The notes: generated by a model not told the origin, from the letters alone. A DNA stretch of 64,000 bases from an uncultured virus (IMG/VR IMGVR_UViG_3300020576_004096) (IMGVR_UViG_3300020576_004096), one strand, 5' to 3'. Counted from the first letter of the stretch, positions 19,824 through 28,829 are shown. Numbers and translations: made by a program.

Positions 19824-20240
19824 ATGAGAATCTTGTTTCTTGATGACATGAAAAGCAGGCGAGACGCATTTCGCCAAAACTCAATTGGCTGCGTTGTTGA
19901 CTTTGCTATCACTGCGCAAGAAGCAATTGATCTTCTGAAAAAGAACGAGTATGACGCGATCTATCTTGATCACGATCTTGAAGAAGAACATTACCAATCG
20001 AACAAAGACGATCATGAGGATGGTCGTTTTGTTGCGCGTCATTTGAAAGATATGACGCAGCATCATGGTAAGATTGTGATCATTCATAGCTTGAATCCTG
20101 TTGGCAGGGCAAACATGAAGTCCATTTTGGACGTTCATTTTGATGTTTGGATGCCAGAGAATGTTAAGGTTTCAGAGCTTTGGAAAGTTGAAGTTGCAAC
20201 ACTGATTGGCGCAATTCACAAATTCAATAATCAGAATTGA
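19824..20240 (+). CDS. cyclic-phosphate-processing receiver-domain protein
   Basis: ILFLDD..R, IYLDHDL, IIHSLNPVG motifs. Confidence 0.7.
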   Translation: MRILFLDDMKSRRDAFRQNSIGCVVDFAITAQEAIDLLKKNEYDAIYLDHDLEEEHYQSNKDDHEDGRFVARHLKDMTQHHGKIVIIHSLNPVGRANMKSILDVHFDVWMPENVKVSELWKVEVATLIGAIHKFNNQN

Positions 20241-20311
20241 AAAGGATTCCAGAACTTCTTCTTGTAATACTTTCTTGTCGATAGACACGATAGTAGAAAA
20301 GGAGAAAGTTC

Positions 20312-20608
20312 ATGAACTCACAGGAATTCTTGGCAAGCGCAGAAATCGGAAGCATTGTACAGGTTGTCTGGAGAGGCGCAACGTTTGATCCAGACGCTGT
20401 TCTAAAACCAGGCGAAGCTTCTAATGGCCTAAGCAAAGTATATACTTGCGGCTTTGTTGCTTTTATAGGGCAAAACAAAGAGTTTGTCACTGTTGGCATT
20501 GATTCAATGTTTGAAGCTGGAAATAAAGAACCCAGCTTTAGATCGTTGATTACTATTCCAGTAGCTACGATTGAAAGCGCAGAGATTTACGGAAAAGTTT
20601 CACAATAA
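20312..20608 (+). CDS. hypothetical protein
   Basis: AAGGAG SD. Confidence 0.65.
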   Translation: MNSQEFLASAEIGSIVQVVWRGATFDPDAVLKPGEASNGLSKVYTCGFVAFIGQNKEFVTVGIDSMFEAGNKEPSFRSLITIPVATIESAEIYGKVSQ

Positions 20609-20748
20609 AGAAGGAATTCATAACGCATAATCGTTATGGGTGAGAATCGGGGTCTTAATCGCATTTAGGCAGTTTCCAAAAATGGCCTAGTTTCCGTAAG
20701 CGGAAAATGACGGATTTTAGGAAACTACAGAAAAGCGTGAAAAGATTG

Positions 20749-20777
20749 TTGACTTTTGCGAAAAAAGCCGATACAGT
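20749..20777 (+). promoter_or_regulatory. sigma70-type promoter for Ile/Val/His/Trp leader
   Basis: TTGACT-17 nt-TACAGT. Confidence 0.55.
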
Positions 20778-20818
20778 AGAATACGGAGTTCTCTCGAATA
20801 GAGAGTGGATTGAAACAA

Positions 20819-20884
20819 ATGAACAGCATAGTCGTACATCAGGTGATTTGGCATGTCATTACCTCAAGGGGTAAGGACTGTTAA
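20819..20884 (+). CDS. attenuator leader peptide MNSIVVHQVIWHVITSRGKDC
   Basis: 10 of codons 4-14 are Ile/Val/His/Trp; contains the antiterminator segment. Confidence 0.8.
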   Translation: MNSIVVHQVIWHVITSRGKDC

Positions 20885-20913
20885 CTACTTGATGTACGTT
20901 AGCAGGTTTTCCG

Positions 20914-20945
20914 AACCCCTTGAGCAGAAGCTTGAGGGGTTTTTT
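20914..20945 (+). terminator. attenuator terminator AACCCCTTGAGC-AGAA-GCTTGAGGGGTT-TTTT
   Basis: 5' arm 20915-20924 is the exact complement of CTCAAGGGGT 20863-20872. Confidence 0.85.
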
Positions 20946-20978
20946 CTTTGACAATTGAATATTTTCAGGTACAAAGTT

Positions 20979-21049
20979 ACGCCGTTGGTCTAGTGGCTGG
21001 GCCTTGGATTCCAAATCCAACGACGCGGGTTCGATTCCCCCACGGCGTG
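20979..21049 (+). tRNA. tRNA-Trp(CCA)
   Basis: loop TTCCAAA. Confidence 0.85.
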
Positions 21050-21123
21050 TTGACTTGATTGTGAAAAGTAAAAAGATACGATACATCTTCTGAGCGCTTA
21101 CTTTTACCACTTGGAGCAAATCC

Positions 21124-21423
21124 ATGTCCGACTCCCCCAAAGCTGTCAGAAATCGTCGTCCGCTTCAGAAGCCAGTATTTATTCTTCAACCTTTTGATTC
21201 TGCAAATCCTGAGCATATGAAGGGTAACATCACTATTACCCTGAATAAGGCTCTGGCTCTTGAGCTTACCAGGTTCATCAAAGAAAGCGAACTTGGCGAA
21301 AACGAGGGGCATATCTACGCAATGCAGGGTCACATCAGTCGTTGGTTCAAGCAGCGTTCGGATGAAATCAAGAAGCAGAAAGAAACGAAAACTGAAGAAG
21401 TTCAGCCGGAAGGTCAGAACTAA
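21124..21423 (+). CDS. hypothetical protein
   Basis: GGAG SD; stop inside ACTAAACTT. Confidence 0.65.
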   Translation: MSDSPKAVRNRRPLQKPVFILQPFDSANPEHMKGNITITLNKALALELTRFIKESELGENEGHIYAMQGHISRWFKQRSDEIKKQKETKTEEVQPEGQN

Positions 21424-21435
21424 ACTTCAGAGCAT

Positions 21436-21508
21436 GGGCGCATAACTCAATGGCTAGAGTGCCACCTTTACACGGTGGAAGTTGTCGGTTCGAGTCCGGC
21501 TGTGCCTA
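21436..21508 (+). tRNA. tRNA-Val(TAC)
   Basis: loop TTTACAC. Confidence 0.92.
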
Positions 21509-21597
21509 CTTTAGAAAACTCAGGTTAGCTAAACCTGCTCAAAAATGAGTACCCGCTAGTTTTGACTTGTAAAATCAAGGAGTTCTAGCAGCTTTAT

Positions 21598-21672
21598 GGT
21601 GGTCGTAGCTCAACTGGTTAGAGCATCTGGTTGTGATCCAGAGGGTTACGGGTTCGAGTCCCGCCGATCACC
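21598..21672 (+). tRNA. tRNA-His(GTG) with encoded G-1
   Basis: loop TTGTGAT; G-1:C73. Confidence 0.92.
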
Positions 21673-21751
21673 CTTGTCAGAAATCTTTGGAATAAAGAAG
21701 GATTCTTCTAACACCTCACAGTAATCACACTTGAGGTATAAGGAGAATCAA

Positions 21752-22201
21752 ATGAATACCAAAGACATTGGAGATAAATCTGAGGCTATAATCTTCTGCG
21801 AATTGGTAAAAAGAGGTTTTACAGTTCTAAAACCTTGGGGAGATAACAGGAAATACGATTTCGTAGTTGATATAGGTAAAGGAGATTTTCAAAGAATACA
21901 GAGTAAAACTGGTTACATAGAAAATGGAGTAATCAGATTCACTCCAAGATCAGTAACCACAGAAAACGGAAAAACAAAAACGGTTTCTTACTCAAAAGAT
22001 GACATAGATTTTTTTATGGTCTATTGCAGAGATAATGATAAAATATACTGCATTAGCATAGAAGATTGCCCTAAGGATACCTGCTTTCTAAGATTGGAAC
22101 CATCTAAAAATGGGCAAACAAAAGGAATCAGGATGGCAAGCAACTTTGAGTTGGATAAAAAGATAACGGCCCTTAGCTCACATGGTAGAGCGAACGCCTG
22201 A
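21752..22201 (+). CDS. PD-(D/E)XK homing-type endonuclease
   Basis: GDKSE...PWGDNRKYDFVVD...RIQSK; AT-rich; inside tRNA cluster. Confidence 0.8.
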   Translation: MNTKDIGDKSEAIIFCELVKRGFTVLKPWGDNRKYDFVVDIGKGDFQRIQSKTGYIENGVIRFTPRSVTTENGKTKTVSYSKDDIDFFMVYCRDNDKIYCISIEDCPKDTCFLRLEPSKNGQTKGIRMASNFELDKKITALSSHGRANA

Positions 22202-22239
22202 TAAGCGTTAGGTTGAGGATTCGAGCGCCTCAGGGCCGA
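22167..22239 (+). tRNA. tRNA-Ile(GAT)
   Basis: loop CTGATAA; one T-stem mismatch. Confidence 0.8.
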
Positions 22240-22289
22240 TTTGATAAGGGAGGGGTCGGGATTTCAATATTCCCCAGTCCTATTTTGTT

Positions 22290-22377
22290 TGGAGCGTGGG
22301 CCGAGATGGATAGGCAACCGACTGATAATCGGTGAGGCGTAACAACGCTAACGCAGGTTCGATTCCTGTCGCTCCAA
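22290..22377 (+). tRNA. tRNA-Ile(GAT) with long variable arm
   Basis: loop CTGATAA; variable hairpin GCGT-AACA-ACGC. Confidence 0.75.
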
Positions 22378-22384
22378 CTTTACT

Positions 22385-22457
22385 GGTCGATTAGCTCAAT
22401 GGCTAGAGCATTGTCTTGACGTGACAGAGGTTACAGGTTCGAGTCCTGTATCGACCA
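22385..22457 (+). tRNA. tRNA-Val(GAC)
   Basis: loop TTGACGT. Confidence 0.92.
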
Positions 22458-22492
22458 CTTAGAACTAAACTTCTTGAGGGAAAAACAAACGC

Positions 22493-22774
22493 ATGGCGAT
22501 TGACGCGAACCTTAAATCGAGACTGCCCAAAATGGTTTTGTCTCATTTGAAGAATGCTTCGGGAGGCATAAAGCTTACCGAGCTTGTCGCAAAAATCGTC
22601 TCGGAACTTCTTGAAAGAAAGGAAGTTCTGCCTGACGATTTCGTTGAGCAGTTTGAAGTTTTGCTGGAATCCATGTCGTCATACGGAGTTCATATCCTGA
22701 ACTACGACTGGGATATGGGTGGAGACGGTCACGGGCCTTACAGAAACAAAGTCTTCGTCTATACGAAGTGGTAG
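22493..22774 (+). CDS. hypothetical protein
   Basis: ACTAAACTT 20 nt before ATG. Confidence 0.7.
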   Translation: MAIDANLKSRLPKMVLSHLKNASGGIKLTELVAKIVSELLERKEVLPDDFVEQFEVLLESMSSYGVHILNYDWDMGGDGHGPYRNKVFVYTKW

Positions 22775-22781
22775 GAGGTAT

Positions 22782-23699
22782 ATGCGCAAAGACATGGCAA
22801 AGGTCTTGGTCGAACGCCCCCGAAGGGGTGGTTGCGGCAAGGAGCGGATTCGTCAGAACCGCCATTTGACTCGTCAGGTTTGTAAGGACATTCCGTTCGA
22901 AGAAGATTGGGATACTCCTGATTTTCGCGGAATGAAGAGAGTTCACACCTCGAAGCCCAACTCCTACGACGACAAGAAGCAGTTGAACGAAAATCTCAAC
23001 CCGCTTCGTCGTTTCCTGAATTCTCGCATTGGTCAGCCTTGGGACAAGGTTTACAGCGAGATCATGAGCGGCCTCAATCTGAAGAACGCTGTCCAGTACC
23101 ATGTTTGGCAGCACTTGATTAGCTTCGGCGAAGTCCAGACCAAGACTTACATGGAAGGTAACACTGTCATGGCTGCTGGGGTCATTGGCCCTCAGACCAT
23201 GACGACTTCTTATGGTCGCGAAGAGTTCTACGTTGATCCCCGAGACGGGACACTGCGCAAGACGAAGCGCGAAAGCTCAAAATACCGTCGAGACAAACTC
23301 CCGAGCAACAACAGCTACTACGACTCGAAGAAGCCTTTGCTTCAGTACCACAAGATCGGTGAGGTTTGGTACGAGTTCAAGTTTCGTGAGGCGACGGCTG
23401 AAGAAAAGAAGCAGAAGTCGTTTGGCGAAATGTGCCGAGACTTCAGCAACTTGACCATGAAGTGGGAATGGAAGTGGCATCCCCTGAGCAGCAACAAGTT
23501 CGTCAGCCAAATCATTGACGGTAAGAAGATTGAGCCTCATCACTACTACTGTCATGACCGCCTTTGGTCGGTTTGCCAATCGCTCTTCGGCGGCGCTTAT
23601 TTGCCGACCGAGAAGCGGCAAGTCTCCTCGAAGGAGGTTCGCAAGGTTGAGGAACTGATGGCGGAGCGAAATCGCAAGCTTTCTCGTAAGGCTGTGTAA
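22782..23699 (+). CDS. conserved hypothetical basic protein
   Basis: AGGAGG SD; LNENLNPLRRFL..RIGQPWDKVYSEI motif. Confidence 0.75.
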   Translation: MRKDMAKVLVERPRRGGCGKERIRQNRHLTRQVCKDIPFEEDWDTPDFRGMKRVHTSKPNSYDDKKQLNENLNPLRRFLNSRIGQPWDKVYSEIMSGLNLKNAVQYHVWQHLISFGEVQTKTYMEGNTVMAAGVIGPQTMTTSYGREEFYVDPRDGTLRKTKRESSKYRRDKLPSNNSYYDSKKPLLQYHKIGEVWYEFKFREATAEEKKQKSFGEMCRDFSNLTMKWEWKWHPLSSNKFVSQIIDGKKIEPHHYYCHDRLWSVCQSLFGGAYLPTEKRQVSSKEVRKVEELMAERNRKLSRKAV

Positions 23700-23794
23700 T
23701 GTGAAGACGGCGGAACTAAACTTCCGTTAGTCGAGAAAGAGTTGGCGGGCGATTAGCTCAGCGGTAGAGCAGGATGAAAAGAAGTTAGACATTA

Positions 23795-23867
23795 CGGCTG
23801 GTGCGCTGAAAGGTTAAGCGCCCAACTCATAATTGGGGATATGCAGGTTCGAGCCCTGTCCAGCCGA
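23795..23867 (+). tRNA. tRNA with CAT anticodon (Met or Ile2)
   Basis: loop CTCATAA. Confidence 0.85.
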
Positions 23868-23870
23868 TTC

Positions 23871-23944
23871 GGGCGGTTAACTTAGCGGCCTAAAGTAGAA
23901 GACTCATAATCTTCCTATCGTGAGTTCAAATCTCACACCGCCCA
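23871..23944 (+). tRNA. tRNA with CAT anticodon (Ile2 or Met)
   Basis: loop CTCATAA. Confidence 0.85.
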
Positions 23945-23945
23945 T

Positions 23946-24452
23946 TCATTTCATATTGAAGTATTTACCGTTTTTCTTTGCAATTTCATCTTCAATTTCC
24001 TGATGACAATTGTGACAATAAAGGTCGCATTTTTCTGCTTCTTTTAGAACTGCTTCCCAACCAAGACCTCTTATTGATCTCATTTCAAGAGCAAACTGCT
24101 TGGTGGACGGGTCTCTGTGATGAAAAGTCAAAGCTCGTAAGCATTTGTTATAGCCACAAGACTTACAACATCCTCCTTTCATGTCTACGAGCTTTTGTTT
24201 CCTGTCATAACCACTTTTCCAAACATAAAGTCTATTCTTTTCTTTTGCCTCTTCTGTCCATGTTGAATATTCTTTTACTTTATGACCTTCTTGGCCTCTG
24301 AGCGAAAGCCTTGACGGATCATCTGGTTTAGTATTGTGACAACCAAAAGGAGAACATTCTAGACAGAATTTTCTATTTTGAAGATTCCTTCTTTTGCCTT
24401 CGATTATCACTGTTTTGGGCATTTCTTTTTGGCATTTGAAACAAGTTTTCAT
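23946..24452 (-). CDS. HNH endonuclease (Cys-rich)
   Basis: CCKSCGY...LTFHHRDP...CDLYCHNCHQE. Confidence 0.85.
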   Translation of the reverse strand: MKTCFKCQKEMPKTVIIEGKRRNLQNRKFCLECSPFGCHNTKPDDPSRLSLRGQEGHKVKEYSTWTEEAKEKNRLYVWKSGYDRKQKLVDMKGGCCKSCGYNKCLRALTFHHRDPSTKQFALEMRSIRGLGWEAVLKEAEKCDLYCHNCHQEIEDEIAKKNGKYFNMK

Positions 24453-24566
24453 GTTGTACTCCTATATCTGAGCGGTATATGCTCTATCTCAGATTCAGGA
24501 ATACAAAGATGTAGTGAGGAATCCCTCTTTTGGCGGAACTAAACTTTCCGCGCAAAAGAAAAAGCC

Positions 24567-25154
24567 ATGACCATTTCTGCTCATGACATCTCGACCGCTG
24601 CTGAGAAGACTCGCCTTGAGCGGATTTCTCGCAAGCGACATCTCACCCCTGAGGAAGCTGCGAAGTACGACAAGGTTCGCAAGGATGTCAAGAAAGACCT
24701 CCCCGAACTGTTCGCTCGCAACAAAATCTCTGAGAAAGACCTCCCCGAACTGTTCGCTCGCAACGAAATCTCTGAGAAGGTGAGGCAGCGCCTTGGTCTT
24801 GAGACGCTGGCCACTCGCAACAGAGACAGCCTCGACTTTCATGACATCTCTGTGTCTGCTATCAAAGATGTCATTAGCATGGTCTTTGAGGCTGGTCGTC
24901 AGTTCGAGGCCAAGCAGAACCGCCGCAATCGTCCTGGCAAGCGTTACAGGCTGTTGCATGTCTATGGCAGCACTGACCCTTTGCTCGTTGGTAAGTCTCA
25001 CAATGACTATAACAGCTTGTTGAAGGCAGCCAGGAAGTTCATCAAGAGCGACGACTACACTGAAGGGGAGGACGGCCTCTTCTATGTTGTTACCACTGGT
25101 AACGCTGTTCGAGTTTCTCCTTTTGACAGCAGCGACCTTGAAGACGAGGACTAA
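24567..25154 (+). CDS. DUF6900-like protein with internal 14-aa duplication
   Basis: LGLETLATRNRDSLDFHDISV motif. Confidence 0.7.
   Translation: MTISAHDISTAAEKTRLERISRKRHLTPEEAAKYDKVRKDVKKDLPELFARNKISEKDLPELFARNEISEKVRQRLGLETLATRNRDSLDFHDISVSAIKDVISMVFEAGRQFEAKQNRRNRPGKRYRLLHVYGSTDPLLVGKSHNDYNSLLKAARKFIKSDDYTEGEDGLFYVVTTGNAVRVSPFDSSDLEDED
24691..24774 (+). repeat. 42-bp tandem duplication (one mismatch)
   Basis: AGAAAGACCTCCCCGAACTGTTCGCTCGCAAC(A/G)AAATCTCTG x2. Confidence 0.95.
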
Positions 25155-25178
25155 ACTTTCGGAGCAAAGAGAAGGAAC

Positions 25179-25355
25179 ATGAAGGACGACAGCTTTTGGA
25201 TTGTTGTGGAAGACGGGAAACCTTTGGCGAGTGGAATCCGTTGTGATCTTGGCAAGGGCCAAGCCAAAGAACTCCGAAAAGAGAAGGAAGAGCAGACGGG
25301 TCGCAAATGGAAGACGCTGAAAACGACGAAGAAAGAAATTGCGACGGCTGCTTGA
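25179..25355 (+). CDS. 58-aa hypothetical protein (below ORF-track cutoff)
   Basis: ACTAAACTT 20 nt before ATG; MKDDSFWIVVEDG... Confidence 0.65.
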   Translation: MKDDSFWIVVEDGKPLASGIRCDLGKGQAKELRKEKEEQTGRKWKTLKTTKKEIATAA

Positions 25356-25661
25356 AAGCACTTGTATCGAGACTTGAAAACTTGACGGCCAATAAAGTCT
25401 CGACTACAATATGGCTCATGTCCCTTGGACCTCCGCGACGAGGCTTGCAAGGGCGACTCACTGCGAAGGAAACGACGCACTGAGTTTTAGTAGAGATGGC
25501 TGGGTCTTTCGGGTTTACAATCCCCCTTTTCTCCAGCGTCTCTATGAAGGTCAACCGCCGACCTACAGGATTGGTAAAAGATTGCGGGCCAACCGGCTTC
25601 TACGGACGCTGGACCTGGCAGCCCTCTGATGCGAAAGCAAAAAGAGTGGCTTTCAAAATAC

Positions 25662-25754
25662 GGGCGAGTAGCTCAGAGAAGAAGAGGAGTCACATCCTCG
25701 AAGGAGCGGCGAGCGCAAGCTCGCAGGTCGTTGGTTCGAATCCAACCTTGCCCA
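25662..25754 (+). ncRNA. tRNA-like RNA with GCAA tetraloop in place of anticodon loop
   Basis: GGGCGAG/CTTGCCC-A; GTTGG-TTCGAAT-CCAAC; GCGAGC-GCAA-GCTCGC. Confidence 0.65.
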
Positions 25755-25762
25755 CTTTCTCC

Positions 25763-26410
25763 TTGACAAGTGAATATGGTAAGCGGTGACTGAAAATCTA
25801 ACGCCTATCTCCAGGCGTAAGGTACTGGACTCATTGGTGGTTCAGGTACAAGTAAGTCGTTTCGGTGTAGTGCAGAAGGAAAGTGGGTATCCGGCAAAGG
25901 CCAATAGGAAAACCACTGGGGCGCTAAGTCCTGACTGGCCATAATCAATTTTGACCAGGGGAGCAGGATTGCAGGTAATCATACCTGTCTCGGAGAGGCC
26001 TGATTCGAAGCAGGTCTCTATGATGAGTCGCATAATAACACTGGGATGGACGAAAGTTCAGAAGCTCGTAACTTCTGCCGCTTACCATGTTCACTTGTTG
26101 AAAAACTAAATAGGGTTGCATTGAACTTCTCCGTAGTAAATTGGCATGACCCTAGTTGATGCAAACGGCAACCAACTCCTGTAAGGGTTGGATTGCATTT
26201 AGACGGAAGCTTTGATCTCTTGGAAAGATAAATGTAGTCGGAAGAAATTACAGACTATGGGGTAAGGCCCCCAAAGCGTTAGCAACGGAAATGAGAGGAA
26301 AACCTACTCTCAACCCCAGCCGTAAGGTATGGATAACCAGCTAGCGCATCCGACGAAAAGAGGGAGCAACCGTTACTGAGGTTCTGTTTGATCGACAGTT
26401 CCTCGGTTTC
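25763..26410 (+). ncRNA. candidate large structured ncRNA (GOLLD-class context)
   Basis: about 650 nt without a credible ORF between tRNA genes; 24-bp long-range stem 25763-25786/26078-26101. Confidence 0.55.
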
Positions 26411-26417
26411 AAAAGAT

Positions 26418-26492
26418 TGCAGAGGAGTGAAACGGATTATCATCCGTGGCTCATAACCACTGGGATAGTGGGTTCGACTCCCACCTCTGCTA
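26418..26492 (+). tRNA. tRNA-Met(CAT), initiator-like
   Basis: loop CTCATAA; unpaired 1:72. Confidence 0.75.
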
Positions 26493-26566
26493 TTAGAGGT
26501 TTAGTCTCCTCTATAATCAAACGACTAACTTTGCGTACTGGGACTGATCATCCCGGGAAAAAGTGA

Positions 26567-26636
26567 AGCCTTGTGTTGCCTGTGGAAGGCCTCCGCATCC
26601 AACGGAAGACTACGGGTTCGAATCCCGTCAAGGATG
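26567..26636 (+). ncRNA. degenerate tRNA or tRNA-like element
   Basis: ACGGG-TTCGAAT-CCCGT T-arm; loop CATCCAA lacks U33. Confidence 0.45.
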
Positions 26637-26939
26637 TTTCAGCAGAGCTATGTTGGTATGAGGCTCGCGCAAGCAAGACCTGCACCCAACCTCTAGTAGA
26701 GCAAGAACTGAGCGGCTAGTACCTGGATGCGCGCCCTTGGGCTTGAAACCCGCTCTCTGTTGATTTCGCCGTCAGGGTCACCGCAAGGGAAGCTCTGGCG
26801 GCGATTTTCTTTTAAGCACTGATTATTGGTCAAATCCACTTGGAACTAAACTTTCGCCCAAAAGAGCTTAGCTAACTTGCTCGTTTCTTCCATGCTCTCA
26901 ACATGGGGCGAACAAAAGGCACTGATTTGGAGATTTCAC

Positions 26940-27656
26940 ATGATTCGCAGTTCTTTTATGTCGGTTCTCGCTCTTGTCGCCTGTTGCGCCACTGCGCTTG
27001 GGCAGGTCGCTCAGCGCGCTGATATCGCTGAGGACAAGGACAATCCCTGCTCCAATCTCGGCAATCCGCCCAAGGTTGGTCAGTGTTGGGACTGCTTCCA
27101 GTCCTTGCTCGCCGACTGTGACAAGCAGAACCCCGAGGGAACTCGCCGTTCCGCCTGCTATACCGGCGCGAACAACTTCTTCACCTGGTGTCTGGGTCGG
27201 GTTGGTAACGTCGCCAATCCTCGCCAGCCTCGCAGTCAAGGCATGAACATGGAGCGGGGTATGGGCTTTACCTATGACATCGCCTTTACCGCCCCGGTCG
27301 ATCCGAACCTCGTTGTGGTTTACGTTCGCGACATGGAGAACGGCGAGCCGCGCCAGCAGCAGGTCAACGCTTTCGTCTTCGCCAACGACGACGGCAGCCT
27401 GAGCGTGTTTTTCGATAACAACAATCTCGGGCTGGAGGACGACAAGGTGGTTGGTATTGTCACCGCCGTCCGCAACGTCAATGGCGGCACCGCCGCCGCT
27501 TACGCTGACGCCTACAATATCATCACCCCTGGGGATTTGGACGGTGATGGGGTTTTTGACGCTCTCGACCTGTCGAAGGCTTGGGACTCCTATGCGACGG
27601 GCGAGATGAGCTACGAGCAGTTCATCGAGTACCTCAGCAAGTTCAACGCTCGCTAA
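26940..27656 (+). CDS. secreted Cys-rich protein with C-terminal dockerin/EF-hand-like repeat
   Basis: signal peptide MIRSSFMSVLALVACCATALG; PGDLDGDGVFDALDL. Confidence 0.7.
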   Translation: MIRSSFMSVLALVACCATALGQVAQRADIAEDKDNPCSNLGNPPKVGQCWDCFQSLLADCDKQNPEGTRRSACYTGANNFFTWCLGRVGNVANPRQPRSQGMNMERGMGFTYDIAFTAPVDPNLVVVYVRDMENGEPRQQQVNAFVFANDDGSLSVFFDNNNLGLEDDKVVGIVTAVRNVNGGTAAAYADAYNIITPGDLDGDGVFDALDLSKAWDSYATGEMSYEQFIEYLSKFNAR

Positions 27657-27685
27657 GCAGCGGCGAACAACCCGAACGCAAATAG

Positions 27686-27712
27686 AACTCGGTCCTTCGG
27701 GGCCGAGTTTTT
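27686..27712 (+). terminator. intrinsic terminator
   Basis: AACTCGGTCC-TTCG-GGGCCGAGTT + T run. Confidence 0.8.
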
Positions 27713-27868
27713 CGTTTCAACAGGTTATCCACAATTCTGTGATTTTGTCTGGGTCTACAATACGGTCATGGGGACAGGGGAGGCAGGACTAAACTTTCGG
27801 AGGTAAACCGAAAGCCATGAGGGTTGCGAAGTAGCGGCCCCAAAGAGTCTCGAAACGGAGAAATAGCA

Positions 27869-28414
27869 ATGAGCGGTACGAAGACGGCGGACAAGAAGAG
27901 CAACAGCAACAAGGCGCAGAACAAGGCATCGAAGGCTCCGAAGGCGGCTGCGGCTCCTGTCGAGGTCGAGCCGAAGGGCGCGGCTGTCGAGGGTCAGGCG
28001 GCTCCTGCGGCTGACGCTGCGGTTGACGTTCAGGCGACCAAGCGGGTCAAGAAGAACGCCACGCAGACGCGCATCGACCCCAACAACGTCGAGAGCGGTC
28101 GGCAGTTCCTCAAGGAGTTCTATGAGCAGTGCGCTGCTCATCCGCCTCGCAAGGGCTACGACCAGCATTGGAACTCGGAGGGCTTCATTCACAGCGGCCC
28201 TGCGACTCGCCTCCCCAACGGCGGCGCGGCCAACATGGTCACCCTCATCGGCGACATTCTTGCCAAGCGCGAGGCGGCGGGCGACAAGGACGCCGGCGCG
28301 TACCTTGACTACTGCATCAACTTCCTGACGACTCACCGCGACGCTCTCCGCGAGCAGCGCGAGGCCGAGATTCTCGCTCAGGCTGAGGCAATCAAGGCGA
28401 AGAAGAACGCCTAA
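27869..28414 (+). CDS. hypothetical Ala/Lys-rich protein
   Basis: GGAG SD; terminator follows. Confidence 0.75.
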   Translation: MSGTKTADKKSNSNKAQNKASKAPKAAAAPVEVEPKGAAVEGQAAPAADAAVDVQATKRVKKNATQTRIDPNNVESGRQFLKEFYEQCAAHPPRKGYDQHWNSEGFIHSGPATRLPNGGAANMVTLIGDILAKREAAGDKDAGAYLDYCINFLTTHRDALREQREAEILAQAEAIKAKKNA

Positions 28415-28510
28415 TCAGCGTTTGGCATCCAAAACTCCCTCTCTCGTCATTGTTGACGGAGGGGGAGTTTTTCATTTGAGAACTAAACTTTCCGCGAAAG
28501 ATAAAAGGCT

Positions 28511-28702
28511 ATGGCAAAGCCCAAGAAAAAAGACCTGGTCAAAACCCTCAAGAAAATCTCCAGGGAAACCCAACTGGCGAGGGAGAAGATGATTGGTCGT
28601 CCGAGGGCAAAGACCTTTGGCGGCAAGCCTTCTACCAAAGAAGAGCGCAGAGAGACAAAAAAGAGTCTCCGTAGGCTTGACAGCAGTGAAGGAATAGGGT
28701 AA
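28511..28702 (+). CDS. small basic protein
   Basis: ACTAAACTT 20 nt before ATG. Confidence 0.7.
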   Translation: MAKPKKKDLVKTLKKISRETQLAREKMIGRPRAKTFGGKPSTKEERRETKKSLRRLDSSEGIG

Positions 28703-28829
28703 AGTAATCCATCGTCCTCCAAGAACTAAACTTTCTTGGAGAAAATGAAGAGCAGAACAGTTGAGCCGAAATGTTAGTAGGCTCGCAAACCAAAGCCTCA
28801 ATATGAGGCGAACAGAAGGTAGCAGAAAC

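Noticed and set aside
26765..26810. Hairpin with CAGGGTCACCGCAAGGGAAGC as SRP (4.5S) RNA
   Set aside because: Only loose similarity to the SRP domain IV motif and too short; followed by a T run, so more simply a terminator.
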